A DNA stretch of 62,031 nucleotides from Saprolegnia diclina VS20 (Eukaryota). Where the stretch lies: assembly GCF_000281045.1 (NCBI RefSeq), contig NW_008246092.1:498596-560626 (forward strand), read 5' to 3'. This document shows positions 1 to 12,055 of the stretch, piece by piece (position 1 is the stretch's first letter; the number at the start of each line of letters is the position of its first letter). A program made the position numbers and the translations under genes. Below the pieces are notes generated by a model, which saw only the letters and a list, made by a program, of their open reading frames with translations, was not told where the DNA came from and did no database searches.

Positions 1-715
1 ACGCTCGAGTTTTTGAAAAAGTTTATCTTTTACGCCAAGACGCGCTTCCAGCCGCTGCTCACGGACGCCGCGATTGACGTCATCTCGGAAGGGTACGCCG
101 AACTCCGGTCGCAGCAGACGGCCCGGACGCTCCCGGTCACGGCGCGTACGCTCGAGACGCTCATTCGTCTTGCGAGTGCGCACGCCAAAGCTCGCCTGAG
201 CAAGCAGATCGAGCTCGACGATGCCAAACGCGCCATGGCCCTCATGAACTACGCCCTCTACAACGAAGCGTCGCACGAGAGCGTTTTGCCCAAGACAGAC
301 ACCGCTGTCGACGACGACGACACGGTCGACGAGCCCACCGTCGTGATCCAAGACGACGACGAAGAAGTCGAGGACGATATGCCATCGCGCAAGAAGCGCA
401 AGGTCGCGAGTGCGCCAACGTACGTGATTTGCGTGCGACTTGGACGTCGATCGTCATGCTGTCGTGTGTAGGCCCGCAGTGGACGACGCCCCGATCGAGA
501 TGGACCTCCTCGGCCACATCGCGCTGCTGCTCAACGAGATGCGCAGCGAAGAAGGCGGCGACGAAGACATGATCGCGGTCAAGACCATCTTGGCGAATTT
601 GAAAAAGGCAGGCGTGCGCACGAGCCGCGCCGCGGTCACGGCGGCGCTCACGACGCTGGAGCAAGAGAACAAGGTCATGTACCTCCGCGACGACGACGCC
701 GTCATGTTCGTATAA
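1..715 (+). CDS. MCM3: DNA replication licensing factor MCM3, 3' part (gene begins before the window)
   Basis: KKFIFYAK...[25 protein letters not shown] is the MCM C-terminal AAA+ lid with the MCM3-type motif. GT-AG intron 420-471 joins it to a winged-helix-like last exon ending at TAA 713-715. Confidence 0.88.
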
Positions 716-742
716 GCTGTTGCTACATTGATATTTGCACGT

Positions 743-1778
743 CTACGGCGTCTTGCGCAGCGTTGCGAGCTCGTCCTTGATGCTCTCGGCGGCGATCGTC
801 GCGAGTTGCTTGCTAATGGCCTCGAGCAGCAGCTTCTACACATGTGCTTCGAAACCCTACGACACAAGGGCATGTAGGACCTTGATCTTGTCGTCAAAGC
901 GGAGCGTGGCCTGGAAGACGTGGGCGTTGCGGCTGCACGTCTCGTCGAGGAGCTTGGTGTACACGAGCGTGAGCACCTCGCATAGCGAGACGACGAGCTC
1001 GCAATAGTCGAGCGGAAACGACTAGATGGAAATGAGGTAGTCGATACGAGGCTCGGCCGACGCACAATGTGGGGCGTGAGGAGGCGTCGATACGCAGGCT
1101 TTTGGTTCCACTTGCGCAGCGTTGGCCGGTGCGGCTCGCTGAGCTCCTTCTCACGCCCGCTTGCCTCGGTCGGGCGCTCATAGAGTGGGCCTTTGGGAGC
1201 GACCACAAGTTTCTACCACGTCGGTGACTGCAAGTGCGAGGACCAGACGCACTGACCATGTTTTGCAAAGTCGACGGCAAGAAGAAGAAGTCGAGTTCTT
1301 CCATGAGCTGGCAGCCTTCCAGCGCAAGATGCGACGGGTTGGTCATCTCGAGCAGCTTCCCGAGGCTCAGGCCCATGTAATAGAGCTGATGGCACCTAAT
1401 GCGCTATGTGACGTTTCACGCCCATTCATCGCCGCGAGGTACCTGCGCTGGAGCGCTTCCGGCGTCAGCACGCTCTTGAGGTTGAGCTGCTCTTCGCGCA
1501 CGAGGGCTACGTTGAGCTACGCAGCGAACGAAGTTGAGCCATCGCCCTGTCGTGTCGCTCCGTACAAAGTAGCTGCGCCGCGGGTCCATGTGCAGCGCCT
1601 TGAGGTACGCAAAGTCATTGCGCCGGAGCGTGACGAGGTCCTCGAGCAGCTTCTGCCGCTGCTGCGTCGCCAGGCGCGTGAGCTCTTCGACGTCCGAGCT
1701 GCTGCCGGTCGGGCTCCGAACAACGTCCATCGTCGTCTGTGCAACCGGCGAGCCGGATATTTTTGTCGTATCCGGCAC
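743..1778 (-). CDS. Conserved uncharacterised multi-exon protein (start at 1778 or 1730)
   Basis: Spliced reading gives ...LEDLVTLRRNDFAYLKALH...MGLSLGKLLE...YRRLLTPH...DYCELVVSLCEVLTLVYTKL...FDDKIK|KLLLEAISKQLATIAAESIKDELATLRKTP*, with stop at 743-745. No function recognised. Confidence 0.6.
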
Positions 1779-1891
1779 TTGCGATCTTTTTTTCGCAATC
1801 CCTTGTAGTCGGATCGATCCTTGCTATCCGATCCTCCAGCAGGATACTCGATATCGCGAGCAGATCGTATCCAAGTATATTAGTAGAGCGT

Positions 1892-2730
1892 TTAGTCGTC
1901 GTGCATTGGGAACGCGTGCACCTCGGGCCACCGCGGCTGCATGCGGCAGAACCAATAGATAAGGGTGAGGCAGCTCAACGTTGAGATGCTGACGCCGACA
2001 CCAAAGTTCTTGGTATACTGCAGCCAGCTCAGAAAGGCGATCGTGAGCAGGACGAGCACGATACCTACAGCAACATGCTTTCGTACGGTGCGACGAGGGA
2101 TCGCTCGAGCGTCGTACCCGTGCGGAAGAGAGTGAAGGCCATGTGCCAATCTTTCTCGCAACGCAGCAGCCACCACTGCGTGAATGGCGACACGACGTCG
2201 AGGTGCTCGATCTTGACGGCGCGCAGCTGGTCCTCGAGGTCCTCGGTCGCATACCTATTTGCATGATAGGCTTGGTGCGTCTCTTTGGCGTACCTCGCGA
2301 CAGCGATCTGGATGAGGACGACGATGATCATGCACATGATCATGCACAAGACGCCCAAGGCCGCGGACGAGCCCTGCAAGGCGACAATGATCGGGTTGCC
2401 GTTTTTGGGAATCTGCGACTCGACGTACGCGACGCGCGCAAAGTACGCGACGACGATCGAGATCTGCGAGATGTGCAAAAGCTGCTCCGTGCGAATGTCG
2501 ATGAGGCAGCGCTCGTTCGCGAGCTTCTCGAGCCGGCGGACGCGCTCAATGTCTTGGAGCCGCCACGCGTGGCGCCGGCGGATGTCGTCTTCGCGCCACT
2601 GCTGGCGCTGGCGCACGTACTCGACGTCGTCGAGCCGCCACATCTTGAAGTTTTGCACGTCGTACGAACCCATGAGCGCGCTCACGACCGAGTCGACTGT
2701 CGAGAGCCCTTGCGCCTTGCCGCTATACAT
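1892..2730 (-). CDS. Orai/CRAC channel-like protein, divergent paralogue C
   Basis: MGSYD...WREDDIRRRHAWRLQDIER N-terminus is shared with the other two paralogues. TM1 RTEQLLHISQISIVVAYFARVAYVESQIP; TM3 GIVLVLLTIAFLSWLQY. Introns 2255-2293 and 2065-2117 lie at the same codon positions as in paralogue A. Confidence 0.8.
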
Positions 2731-2966
2731 GCTGCAGCAGCGACGAGTACCAGGTACGACGAGCTCTGCAGGCGGCGGGCCGTGCCAGGTGCTTGGGTGT
2801 GTAATCAACTACAACCCTTGCGACAGAGCTTCTTTGGCTGAAAACACACAACTGGACTCGCGACCCTCCAGCACATGCAGGTACAACCCGAGGTACAACG
2901 GTCCAGGCTCCTTGGTACGCGCGCTGAAGACGACAGACAACGCGTGCGTGTTTCTAGACCATTACG

Positions 2967-3878
2967 CTAGTGCGCTCGGCGTGGCGACGCGGCCGTGACG
3001 GTGATGTCAATGGGCCCGTGCACCTCGATGGCCGGCAGCTTCATCAGGTAGCGCCATCGGCTCAGAATGCGGAACTGCCAAATGAGAATGCCAATGGCCG
3101 CGACGATCGAGATGCTGATCGACGTCGTCTGGTACAAGTTGTACTGGACCCACGAGACGACGGCGAGCTCGATGAGGAAGAGTGTGACGCCTACATATCG
3201 ACAAGACGATCGATAAGACGCTCCTGGGACTCTCTCTACCAGTGCGAAAGAGGAGGTAGCCGAGCGACCAGTCCGTCTCGCATTTCTTGAGCCACCAAAT
3301 GTGGAACGGCGAGTCCATGTCGATCTCTTCGTCCTTGAGGATCCGAACGTCGTACTCGAGCTCATGGGCCGAGTAACGTGTGACAGCGAGCAGTAAAATC
3401 GCGCACATGATGAGCGAGATGACCATGCAGCAGATCTATGCGTTTGTCAGAACCTTGGAAGACGCATCAGTAGTCCTACCGTGAGGGCAGAGACGCAGCC
3501 ATAGACTGCGAGCAGCGTCAAGTCAATGTCCTCGGGCACGTTGACGTTGATGATCGAGACGAGCGCAAAGCCGCCGAGGAGCGCGCCGAGCTCCGAGATA
3601 GCCGAGAGCTGCTCGGCGCGCGTATCTGCTTGGCGCCGTTCGTTCTCGAGCTTGGCCTAGCAGCAGCATCGTTCGCATCATCAGCTCCACGCATGTACGT
3701 GTCGACGGACCTGGATGCGGAGGCGGCGAATGTCTTCGATGCGCCACTCGTTCTCGCGGCGAAGGTCGTCCTGGCGCCACTGCAGCTCCTGGCTGCGCTG
3801 GGTCATGTCCTCGTCGCGCCACGCCTTGGCGTTGCGCTGGTCATAGGACCCGATGAGGTTCTCCATGATGGACTCCAT
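2967..3878 (-). CDS. Orai/CRAC channel-like protein, paralogue B
   Basis: Introns 3657-3710, 3436-3479 and 3191-3239. TM1 RAEQLSAISELGALLGGFALVSIINVNVP; TM3 GVTLFLIELAVVSWVQY aligns with the Orai1 TM3 GTLLFLAEVVLLCWVKF. Confidence 0.85.
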
Positions 3879-4054
3879 GCTCTCGTCGCGTGCTGCTAGC
3901 CAGATGGAAACTACCTCTCGGATGCGGATACATGTAATAGAAAGCGCAGATTCAAAGTTCCTTAGTAAAACCAAGAGTCGCATGTCGAATTTTTACTCCA
4001 CACGGTTGCTCACGCAAGTCGCGATTTCCATTTCGCCCACGCAGCAGCACCAAG

Positions 4055-5066
4055 ATGAACGCGGTCGTCGGCGCCATGATGGGGTCCTACGACCTCCAGA
4101 ACGCGCAGCGCTGGCGCACCGAGGACATGGAGCACCGCAAGCAAGAGATCCAGTGGCGCGAAGACGACGTGAAGCGGCAGCATGCGTGGCGGCTCGAAGA
4201 CATTGAACGCGAGCGCCGCCTCCAGAAGCTCGAGAACGAGCGCCGGGTCACAGACGCACGCAGCGAGCAGCTCTCGGCGGTCTCGAACCTCTCGGCGCTC
4301 CTCGGCGGCTTCGCCATGGTGGCCAACGTCGAAATCAACTTGCCCGATGATGTAGCATGGAGCGTCATGTTCCTCTACGGCACTGTGAGTGCCAGCGTCA
4401 TCTTGTGCATGCTTTGCTGCATGCTCATGTGCACGCTCCTCCTCCTCGCGATTACGCGGTACCTCCTTTCCTTTTCATTGCCTTGGTCAAGCTCATGGCG
4501 TGTAGGTACGCGTCGCTGGATCTCGAAAACGACCTGCGGCTCCTCGATTTCGAGCAGCTTGACGTCGAGTCGCCGTTCTACGTCTGGTGGCTCAAGCGCT
4601 GCGAGAAGGACTGGCAGCTTGCATATGGCTTCTTCCGTGTCGGTTCGTCCTTCGCTTGTGAAGATATCTCGGTGAAAGGCTTGGCCTCGTAGGTATATTT
4701 CTGTTCCTGTGGACGGTCGCGCTCGTGGGCTGGGTCCAGTTTGAGCGGACGATCTACGCTGGCATTGGCATGTCGACCATCTCGTTCCTCTCGTTTGTGT
4801 TTTGGCAAGTGCGGATGGAGAGCAAGTGGCGCTACCTCCTTGAGTCCCCGGAGGGCGCGAGCGTCCCACCTTCGTACCAGCAAGTGTCGGACGAAGAGGC
4901 GCGGCTCCGGACGCGGTCGCTCACGGAGCTCTTTGAGCGCGTCTTCACGACACGCAACAACACCAGTGGTCGCACCACGGAGCCCGACGACCGACGCACA
5001 ACCCGATACGGCGCGTACGTCCCTGCATCATCTCCCTCCCGAGACCCCACGTCGGTCGCACGCTGA
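4055..5066 (+). CDS. ORAI: Orai/CRAC calcium channel-like protein, paralogue A
   Basis: TM1 SALLGGFAMVANVEINL is nearly identical to the Orai signature SALLSGFAMVAMVEVQL. Four TM helices after splicing out introns 4459-4505 and 4643-4692. Confidence 0.9.
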
Positions 5067-5219
5067 CCGACGCCTTGTCCGTCGCTCCGTAGGCTCACGA
5101 CCCCTCGGCCGTCCCAAGACGCCGCCAGCGAGGCCCGTCGGCGGGTGTAGCCATACAACTGACAACACAAAGATGCCACGTCTTATTTGGAGGATACGAT
5201 GTCATTGCCGACGAGGCGT

Positions 5220-6146
5220 CTACAGGTCCTTGGGCGCGAGCAGGTCAAAGTAGAGCTCGACGCCGTACTATATGCATGGTATCTGGTGAGCAGCGGACAC
5301 GAGACATGGTCGTACCGTGTTGAGGAGCGTCTTGGTCGGCTTCTTGTTCTCGTCGAGCTTGGGGAGACGCTTCGCTTCCTTGCCGTGCTCAAAGAGGATC
5401 ATGGTCGGGAGCTGGATCGTCGACGTTGCGTTCGTGTCGATCGAGAACTCTCTCGCGAGGCTCGGGTGCTTGTCGACGTCGACGCGGCCAAACTTGAGCT
5501 CGTCGCTCGCGTGCCTAAGATTCTTATTGCTACGTCCGTGGAGACGAGGAGGCGTACGTAAGCGACAATTGCGCGTACATGGCGTCTTGGTGCAAGCAGT
5601 CTTCGCACCAATCAGCGTAAAAGTACACGATCCATTTGGTCTTCTTGTCGGCGCGGAGGCGGCGCTCGAACGAGTCGGCGCTCAAGTCGACAATCTCATC
5701 CGGACCTTGGTACTTGGGGTACGGCAAGAGCACAAAGGCCACTACACGCACGCCCATATGCTGCTACGTTCAGGTCATCGTCGTCGTACCGAGCCACGCG
5801 ACGAGGTAGTAGACAAAGAGCGTCGTGTCGAGCATGTAGAAGAGGCATGCGACGCCGCCTTTCCCGTACAGAAAGGCCATCGAGATGATCGCATCGATCG
5901 TCGACTTGTTCGGGTAGTTGATGATCGTAAAGCCAACGAGGAAGACGAACATTTGCTGCTCCTACGCCACGGGATGCATGGTCAGCCGCGGTCGCCATGC
6001 GGTCGACGTACCCGCGTCATGCCGAGGTAGTCCTCGACGTCGACGATGCTGTCGCTTTCGTAGCCCATGTAGCGGGCGCCAAAGTAGCTGCCGATCAAGG
6101 CTGTGTTGACGAGGAAGTACGGGTGCAGGAAGCGCGTTACGCCCAT
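5220..6146 (-). CDS. TMX2: Thioredoxin-related transmembrane protein 2 (TMX2)-like
   Basis: N-terminal LHPYFLVN, DYLGMTRE and TM segments, then PKYQGP, WIVYFYADWCEDC, FGRVDV and QLPTMILFEHGKE motifs. Multi-exon. Confidence 0.82.
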
Positions 6147-6674
6147 GTTGTCTCGCTGGCCGTCAAAATGGTTTGTGCCAAGGACGCTGCGTTTAACCCA
6201 CCTCGCCGAGCCTTTTACCCCACGTTAAATGCAAGGACGCCGCAGCATCAGCCTTGCTCGAAGCAAGAATGGTCATGCAGGCACCAAGCGAAATGAGCAT
6301 GCGTAGACCGCGGTGGCGCGGTGGATGGGCACCTCGCCTCGCTGCGTCGATCCTGGCGACGTAATACCACAGTGGCTTCGACGCGTAAAAACCAACACCA
6401 AGACGTCAAACTCCGGTTGAACATTCTGTTGTCCCGCAAAACACGCGTTATACTAGCGACGAGCACGATATCGCGTGTATATTAACGCAGTGGGAATGCC
6501 ATGGTGTAGCGTGCGGGCGTCGTGGAGGGTGGTGGGGTGGCGATGTCCGGGACGACGACGGCGACGGTGGGGCTTGCCATTTGTTGCACACCGATTGGTT
6601 AAAAAGATCGCCATTCTAGTGTTCGATTGGCCTTTTTGCGTGTTACGACGTCACTTGTCAATACTATCCGCACG

Positions 6675-7363
6675 ATGGCGACGGAGGCGGGCGCGATCCA
6701 CCCGCTCGCGATCGCCGTGGGCGTCCTGCTCCTCGTGCTGCTCCTCGTCCTCGTCTCGGCGTCGTCGCACCAGCGCGAGAAGCTCCAGTACATGGCGAAG
6801 AAAGCCTTCCGGAAGAAGCGCTCCGAGCCGCAGGCCGGCGCGCACGAGAGCTCGTCCGTTGTCGGCGCGCTGCCGTCGTTCGCCAAGGCTGCTGCCGAGA
6901 CGGGCAATGCGCGCATGCTCCAGCGCTGGGTCTCGTCCCATGGCGCCGACATCAATGCGCGCAGCAGCGAGAACCTCACCGCGCTGCACTACTCGGCACG
7001 GGGCGGCCACACCGAATGCATGAGGTACGCACGATCTGCAATCGTCCTTTTCCTATCGCGTCGACTAGAATACTTTTGGAAGCCGGCGTCCACGTCAATG
7101 TCGAAGACGAACGCCACGTGACGCCGTTGCACATGGCGGCCGTCGGCGGCTACGGCCTCGGTGTCAAACTGCTCTTGGACTACAAGGCGGATCCGTTTGT
7201 CGAAGACGCCAACCACAACACCGCGCTGACGGTCGCTGAAGCCGGTGGCAACGTGGGCTGCGCGCGCCTCCTGCAGCGTGCGATGGCCAAGGCCGCGGCC
7301 GCCGATGGCACCGACGCGTCCAACCTCACGCTTCGTGGCGGCGCCCTCGACTCGCAGGTTTAA
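6675..7363 (+). CDS. Small membrane-anchored ankyrin-repeat protein
   Basis: N-terminal hydrophobic helix (LAIAVGVLLLVLLLVLV) followed by ANK motifs TALHYSARGG, TPLHMAAVGG and TALTVAEAGG. Intron 7025-7068. Confidence 0.85.
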
Positions 7364-7483
7364 CTGCTCGTTCCCTTTTGCCCCCTTGAATGTACTTGTG
7401 TGCACTCGATATCCTGTCGCCGACTCGTACCAAGGAAGATGCACTGAAAGATGTTATGTTGGTGAAGGCAAATAAATCATAGC

Positions 7484-8614
7484 TTAGGCCGCGGCGTCGG
7501 CGCGGCAGGGAAGACAAATGTACTGTTTGACGCTGGGCGACGTCCGCGCAATGCCGCACGGCCGGCAGAGCATCATGCGGCACGTGGCGCAGACCCGGCG
7601 CTTGCGGAAGAGACCAAACTTTTTGCGGCACCCGTGGCAGCGCGCCTCCTTGGCCTCCGAGTCGCGCAGGCTCGTGACCGACGCCATCGCCGACGATGCG
7701 TGCGACGCCGTCAGCTGCGCGTTGCTGCTCGCGTTGCTTTGGCTCAAGCGCGGCGTGTCCATGTCACTTTCGTTCTCGGTACTACTGCACGACACGTCCG
7801 AGTTGGCCTTCCGTCGACGCAGCTATAACATAGCATCATCAATATCAACATCAACTAGCGAATAGACATGCATCTAGTTGTCGTACCTCTGTGGTCGGTG
7901 GCGGCGGCGACGTCGATGGCAGCCGGCGAAGGTGGTGGCGCGCGTCCGGCGCGAGCCCGAGGTAGCTGCGCACGACGAGCAAGACAAGGTGGATGCCGAG
8001 GAGCAAGCACGCTATCCTGGCCGTCGTCGCAACCACCGTGTCGACGCGTATCCTGAGCGAGTGCACGGTCGCGGCCGCCAACTCCGACCAGTTCATGCAC
8101 GACGAGGACGGCGCTGCAACCGCATACACGAATTCGGACGGCACCTGACCTGGCGTGCGCACGTGGAGGCGGTACGTGTACTCGCGGCTGTTGTCAATCT
8201 TGGTGTCGTTGAAGTAGAGCAGCGGCGACGCCGCCTCCTCGACCGAGAGCGCGGTCCACTTCCAATTGAGTGCGCGGTCGGGCCGACGCTGCACACGCAT
8301 GATGAGCGTCGTGTGAAGCATGCATGCCTGCGTCCTACCTCAAGCGCGTAGAGGTGGCCGGCGTCGGGCAGCGGGACCCAGTCGAGCGTGATGCTTGCGC
8401 ACGTGCGCGTCGCGCGGAGCTCGGGCGTGGCCACGTTGGACACTAATGAGCCCATGGGTTGCTGCTCGTCGAGCTCTTGGGATTGCGTACCTGCGAGATA
8501 GTCCTTGGCCGACTCGATCCAGGCGGCGAGGCCGCTTGTCGTCGCGGTGGCTGGCGCCAGCAAGAGCAGCGTGGTCGAGGTCACTAGCGCAGTCGTGCGT
8601 CGCCGAGATGGCAT
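7484..8614 (-). CDS. Single-pass membrane protein: signal peptide, FN3-like ectodomain, TM, FYVE-like zinc finger
   Basis: Hydrophobic N-terminus; TCASITLDW...YTYRLHVRT (FN3-like); TM IACLLLGIHLVLLVV; C-terminal CHGCRKKFGLFRKRRVCATC...CRPC...CLPC. Several short introns. Confidence 0.7.
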
Positions 8615-10161
8615 TTCGAGAGTGGCGGCGACTGACCTCTGTCCACTTGTATTATAATATTTTCGCGCGACCATGGTCTGTATGGATCGCGATGTAATTT
8701 TATTGCACACGGTGGAGTGCTTTTTTTTACCAAGGACGTGCTTTTTTACCAGATGAAGAATCTTTCCTACAAATACCAAGAGGTCGAGGCAGATGGTATT
8801 TTATTTCGTTTCGCATAATCTCGATCGCCTTCAACAACACCGAGCCGCGTCTTCTCTTATCCTTGACGTCACTCACGCGGTAAGCATGGGTCATGTGCCT
8901 GTTGACGCGATGGGGTATAAGTATCGTCCGTGTGTACACTCAGCATTCGCCTGGACGCCAACTCGGATCACCGACTAAAGTTGACTGTCCTCACGCCTGT
9001 CGACTGAGACGCCGTACCGTACTCTTCGGAGGAAGAGAACGCCATCCTGGGTTGCTGTCGTCGGACAGTCGCTTGCCACTGCTGCAGAAAGGTGTGGTGG
9101 GCAGCCGGCCTCGTCGTTCGACATCAACGCACTCGGAACTGGCCTTCTTCGCGTGGCGTCGTCGCGTGCGTGCCACGTCAGTGCGATATGCGTTCCAGGT
9201 CATCCGAACTTGACGCGAAACGAACTTATTGTTTGAGAATTATGAAAGCCAGATCGGGAGCAGATCGGGAGGTTCTTGCTGCGGAAGCATAACTTTGTAC
9301 CGAAACGGCAAACTTGTCGAAAAAAGTCGTCGATCGTCGTGCCGATCCAGATCTGAAAACGAGTCTGGTATCCACGCCATCCCTAAAAGTGTTCCATTGA
9401 CAACACGCAACGGCATTGACAACCCCATCAGGCTGTCGGATGCAAATGAGAGTGCACACATCGGCCAGGCCTACCCTTATCGAAGTATTCGTTCGTCTCG
9501 AACTTAAACCTTAATCCAAGACGACACTCCACACCGTGGGTGACAGACCACCCGAGGTACACACACGCCTGAAGCGTTCCAGCGCATTACGGCAGCGACG
9601 CCGCACTGGATGTGACCTACGAGTTTTATTCGCACATGCTGACTGAAGGCTTGAGACCGTGCACGAACACAATGGTGGCCATCACGGGCACTGCATGTGT
9701 CGATGCCCCTCAGCATGGTCAGCTGTCAGCTCTGGAGCGAAATGGCGCGAAAATTTAACCAGGCGGACTCGTATTGTTGAACTTCAAATTCAGAGCATGT
9801 TTGCTCTTCCTTCTGCCGCCAATGTGCCGTGTTGGCGCGAGGAAGCGAGGTCAAGGTCCAGAGCCTCGTGCTCGTGCGGTGCTGACGGCGCATTCTGTTC
9901 GGAAAGCTCTCGCTATCACCCAGTGGTCGATGTTGAAGGCCGTGCATCGTACAATACAATAGTTTAGGTAGTATACAAATATCCAGTCTGTGCCGAATAT
10001 TATTATCGAGGCTGGGCCAGGCGTCGATATTATTCTGCAGTATATTGATATGGACGTATTAGGATGATTACAATCCCATGGCAGGTGTCTTTTTTTTTAA
10101 TTGTCGGCGGCGGTGTCTTTAAATCCTTCTTATTCTTCAAAGCGGGTCGCCGTTCGAAATT

Positions 10162-12055
10162 ATGCAAGTTTCTCAGGGGACGCCGGCTAGCTACGGCACG
10201 ATGAACCTCACGCCCGGCTCGCTGACGTCGACGCCGTCGGTCCGCATCAAGAAGGGCGGCCGCATGCTCTCGCTGACCAACATGATCCGCCAGAGCAGCC
10301 AGCGCAAGGTCTTCAACCCGTTCTTGTACCAGACGCCCAAGCTCACCAACTACGAGTGCGTCAAGATCTTGGTCATGTGCATCTTGCTCGTACCGCTCAT
10401 TCGCATCGCGCTCGTCATCGTGCTTGGCGTGCCGATCCTCGTGCTTGCCTTTCTCGGCACGATCGGCCACAAGCGCCTCGACGAGGACGGCCACGAACGC
10501 CCGCTCGCCAAGTGGCGCCGCGCGCTGGTCTACCCGATCCGCGGCCTCCTCCGCCTCCTCCTCTTCGTGCTTGGTTTCTACTGGATTGACGTCAAGTACC
10601 CGGCCGCGAAGCGCGATATGGACAAGACGCAGCTCATCATTTGCAACCACATTTCATTCATCGATGGCATCTTCATGGCAGCCCATTGCTTCCCGAGGTA
10701 AAAGCCTTACGTGCATGGCCATGCATGCTCATACTCGCGATGCTAGTGTTGCGATCCGCAGCGACATGGCCGACATCCCGCTCGTCGGCAACGTCATTCG
10801 CGCGCTCGACCCGGTCTTGATTGAACGGTACTGCCGTGTCCATGCAACCACGTCTGGTCTCACATAAACGCGACGCAGGAAGACGGCCGCAGGGCGCAAG
10901 AAGGCGTTCGATGACATCCGCAACCACATGATCGACGAGGACTTCCCGCCGCTGCTCATCTTCCCGGAAGGCACGACATCGAGCCAGGACTACTTGACCA
11001 AGTTCAAGCGCGGTGCGTTCGTCGCCGGTCTGCCCGTGCAGCCAGGTCCTTCGTCTTCGCAATTCCTCTTGCTTGTGTTGCTTACATATCTCGCCTAGTC
11101 ATCTTGCAGTACCCGTACAAGCACTTTGACATTAGCTGGCCGCCGTCGGTCTCGGCCGGTACGTCATCTCCCGAAACACACATACCGACATGTGGATGCT
11201 AGCGTACCTCCTCTTCCGCATGCTGTGCCAAGTGCACATGTCGATGCAAGTGACGTACCTTGAGCCGTATTCGCCGTCGCCCGAAGAGCAAGCGTCGCCC
11301 GATGTATATGCAGAGAACGTCCGTCAGTACATGGCGCAGGCCATGGGCGCCAAGTGCACCAACCACACGTTCGAGGACGTCCGCTTGCTCTGCCAGGTCG
11401 GCGAGTACGCCGAGAAGCACGTCGTCAACCACACGACGATGGGCGAGATCTACCACTTGACGCAAATGTCGGTCGAGGAAATTGAGGGTCTCGTGCGCCG
11501 GTTCGCGGCGACCGACAAGAACGGCGACGGCCAAATCAGCTTGGAGGAGCTGCAAGCGCTCTTTGACGAAGACCCGGACTTTATCAAGCGGCTCTTCGAC
11601 TTGCTCGACCAAGACGACAATGGCTCGATCGACTTTCGGGAGCTCTGCCTCGGCCTCTCGACGCTCAACGCCGAGCCCAACACACCAGACCCGATGAACG
11701 TTGTGAACCTCACGCGCTTTGCCTTCAAGCTCTACGACTCGGATGGCAACGGTACGCATCATCCGAACGAAGTGTCTGATGGATCGTATGTGTAGGCAAG
11801 CTCTCGCGGATGGAGATCACGCACATGCTCAAGCTCACGCGGTCGCTCTCGGGGCTGCCCGACAAGGCTGTCGACGACCTCGTCCAGTCCTTCGACACGG
11901 ACGGCGACGGCCACATCTCGCTTGACGAGTTCCAGCGCATGGCGAAGGAGAACCCGGCCATCTTGGACGACGTCGTCGACCGCCTCTCGGCGCTGCAAAC
12001 CCTCGACTCGGCCGCCGACCGTGCAATGTCGCGCGACCCGGCCGACCACGTCTAG
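10162..12055 (+). CDS. Lysophospholipid acyltransferase (LPCAT/LPEAT type) with C-terminal EF-hands
   Basis: PlsC motifs NHISFID and LLIFPEGT, plus F..G.PVQP. Four EF-hand loops: DKNGDGQISLEE, DQDDNGSIDFRE, DSDGNG and DTDGDGHISLDE. Multi-exon. Confidence 0.92.

Noticed and set aside
8700..10100. Short ORFs in the 1.4-kb region between divergent genes
   Set aside because: No coding bias, motifs or consistent splice model; treated as intergenic.
1892..12055. Functional calcium cluster linking the Orai genes with the EF-hand acyltransferase
   Set aside because: EF-hands are normal for this LPCAT type and unrelated genes intervene; proximity alone is not evidence.
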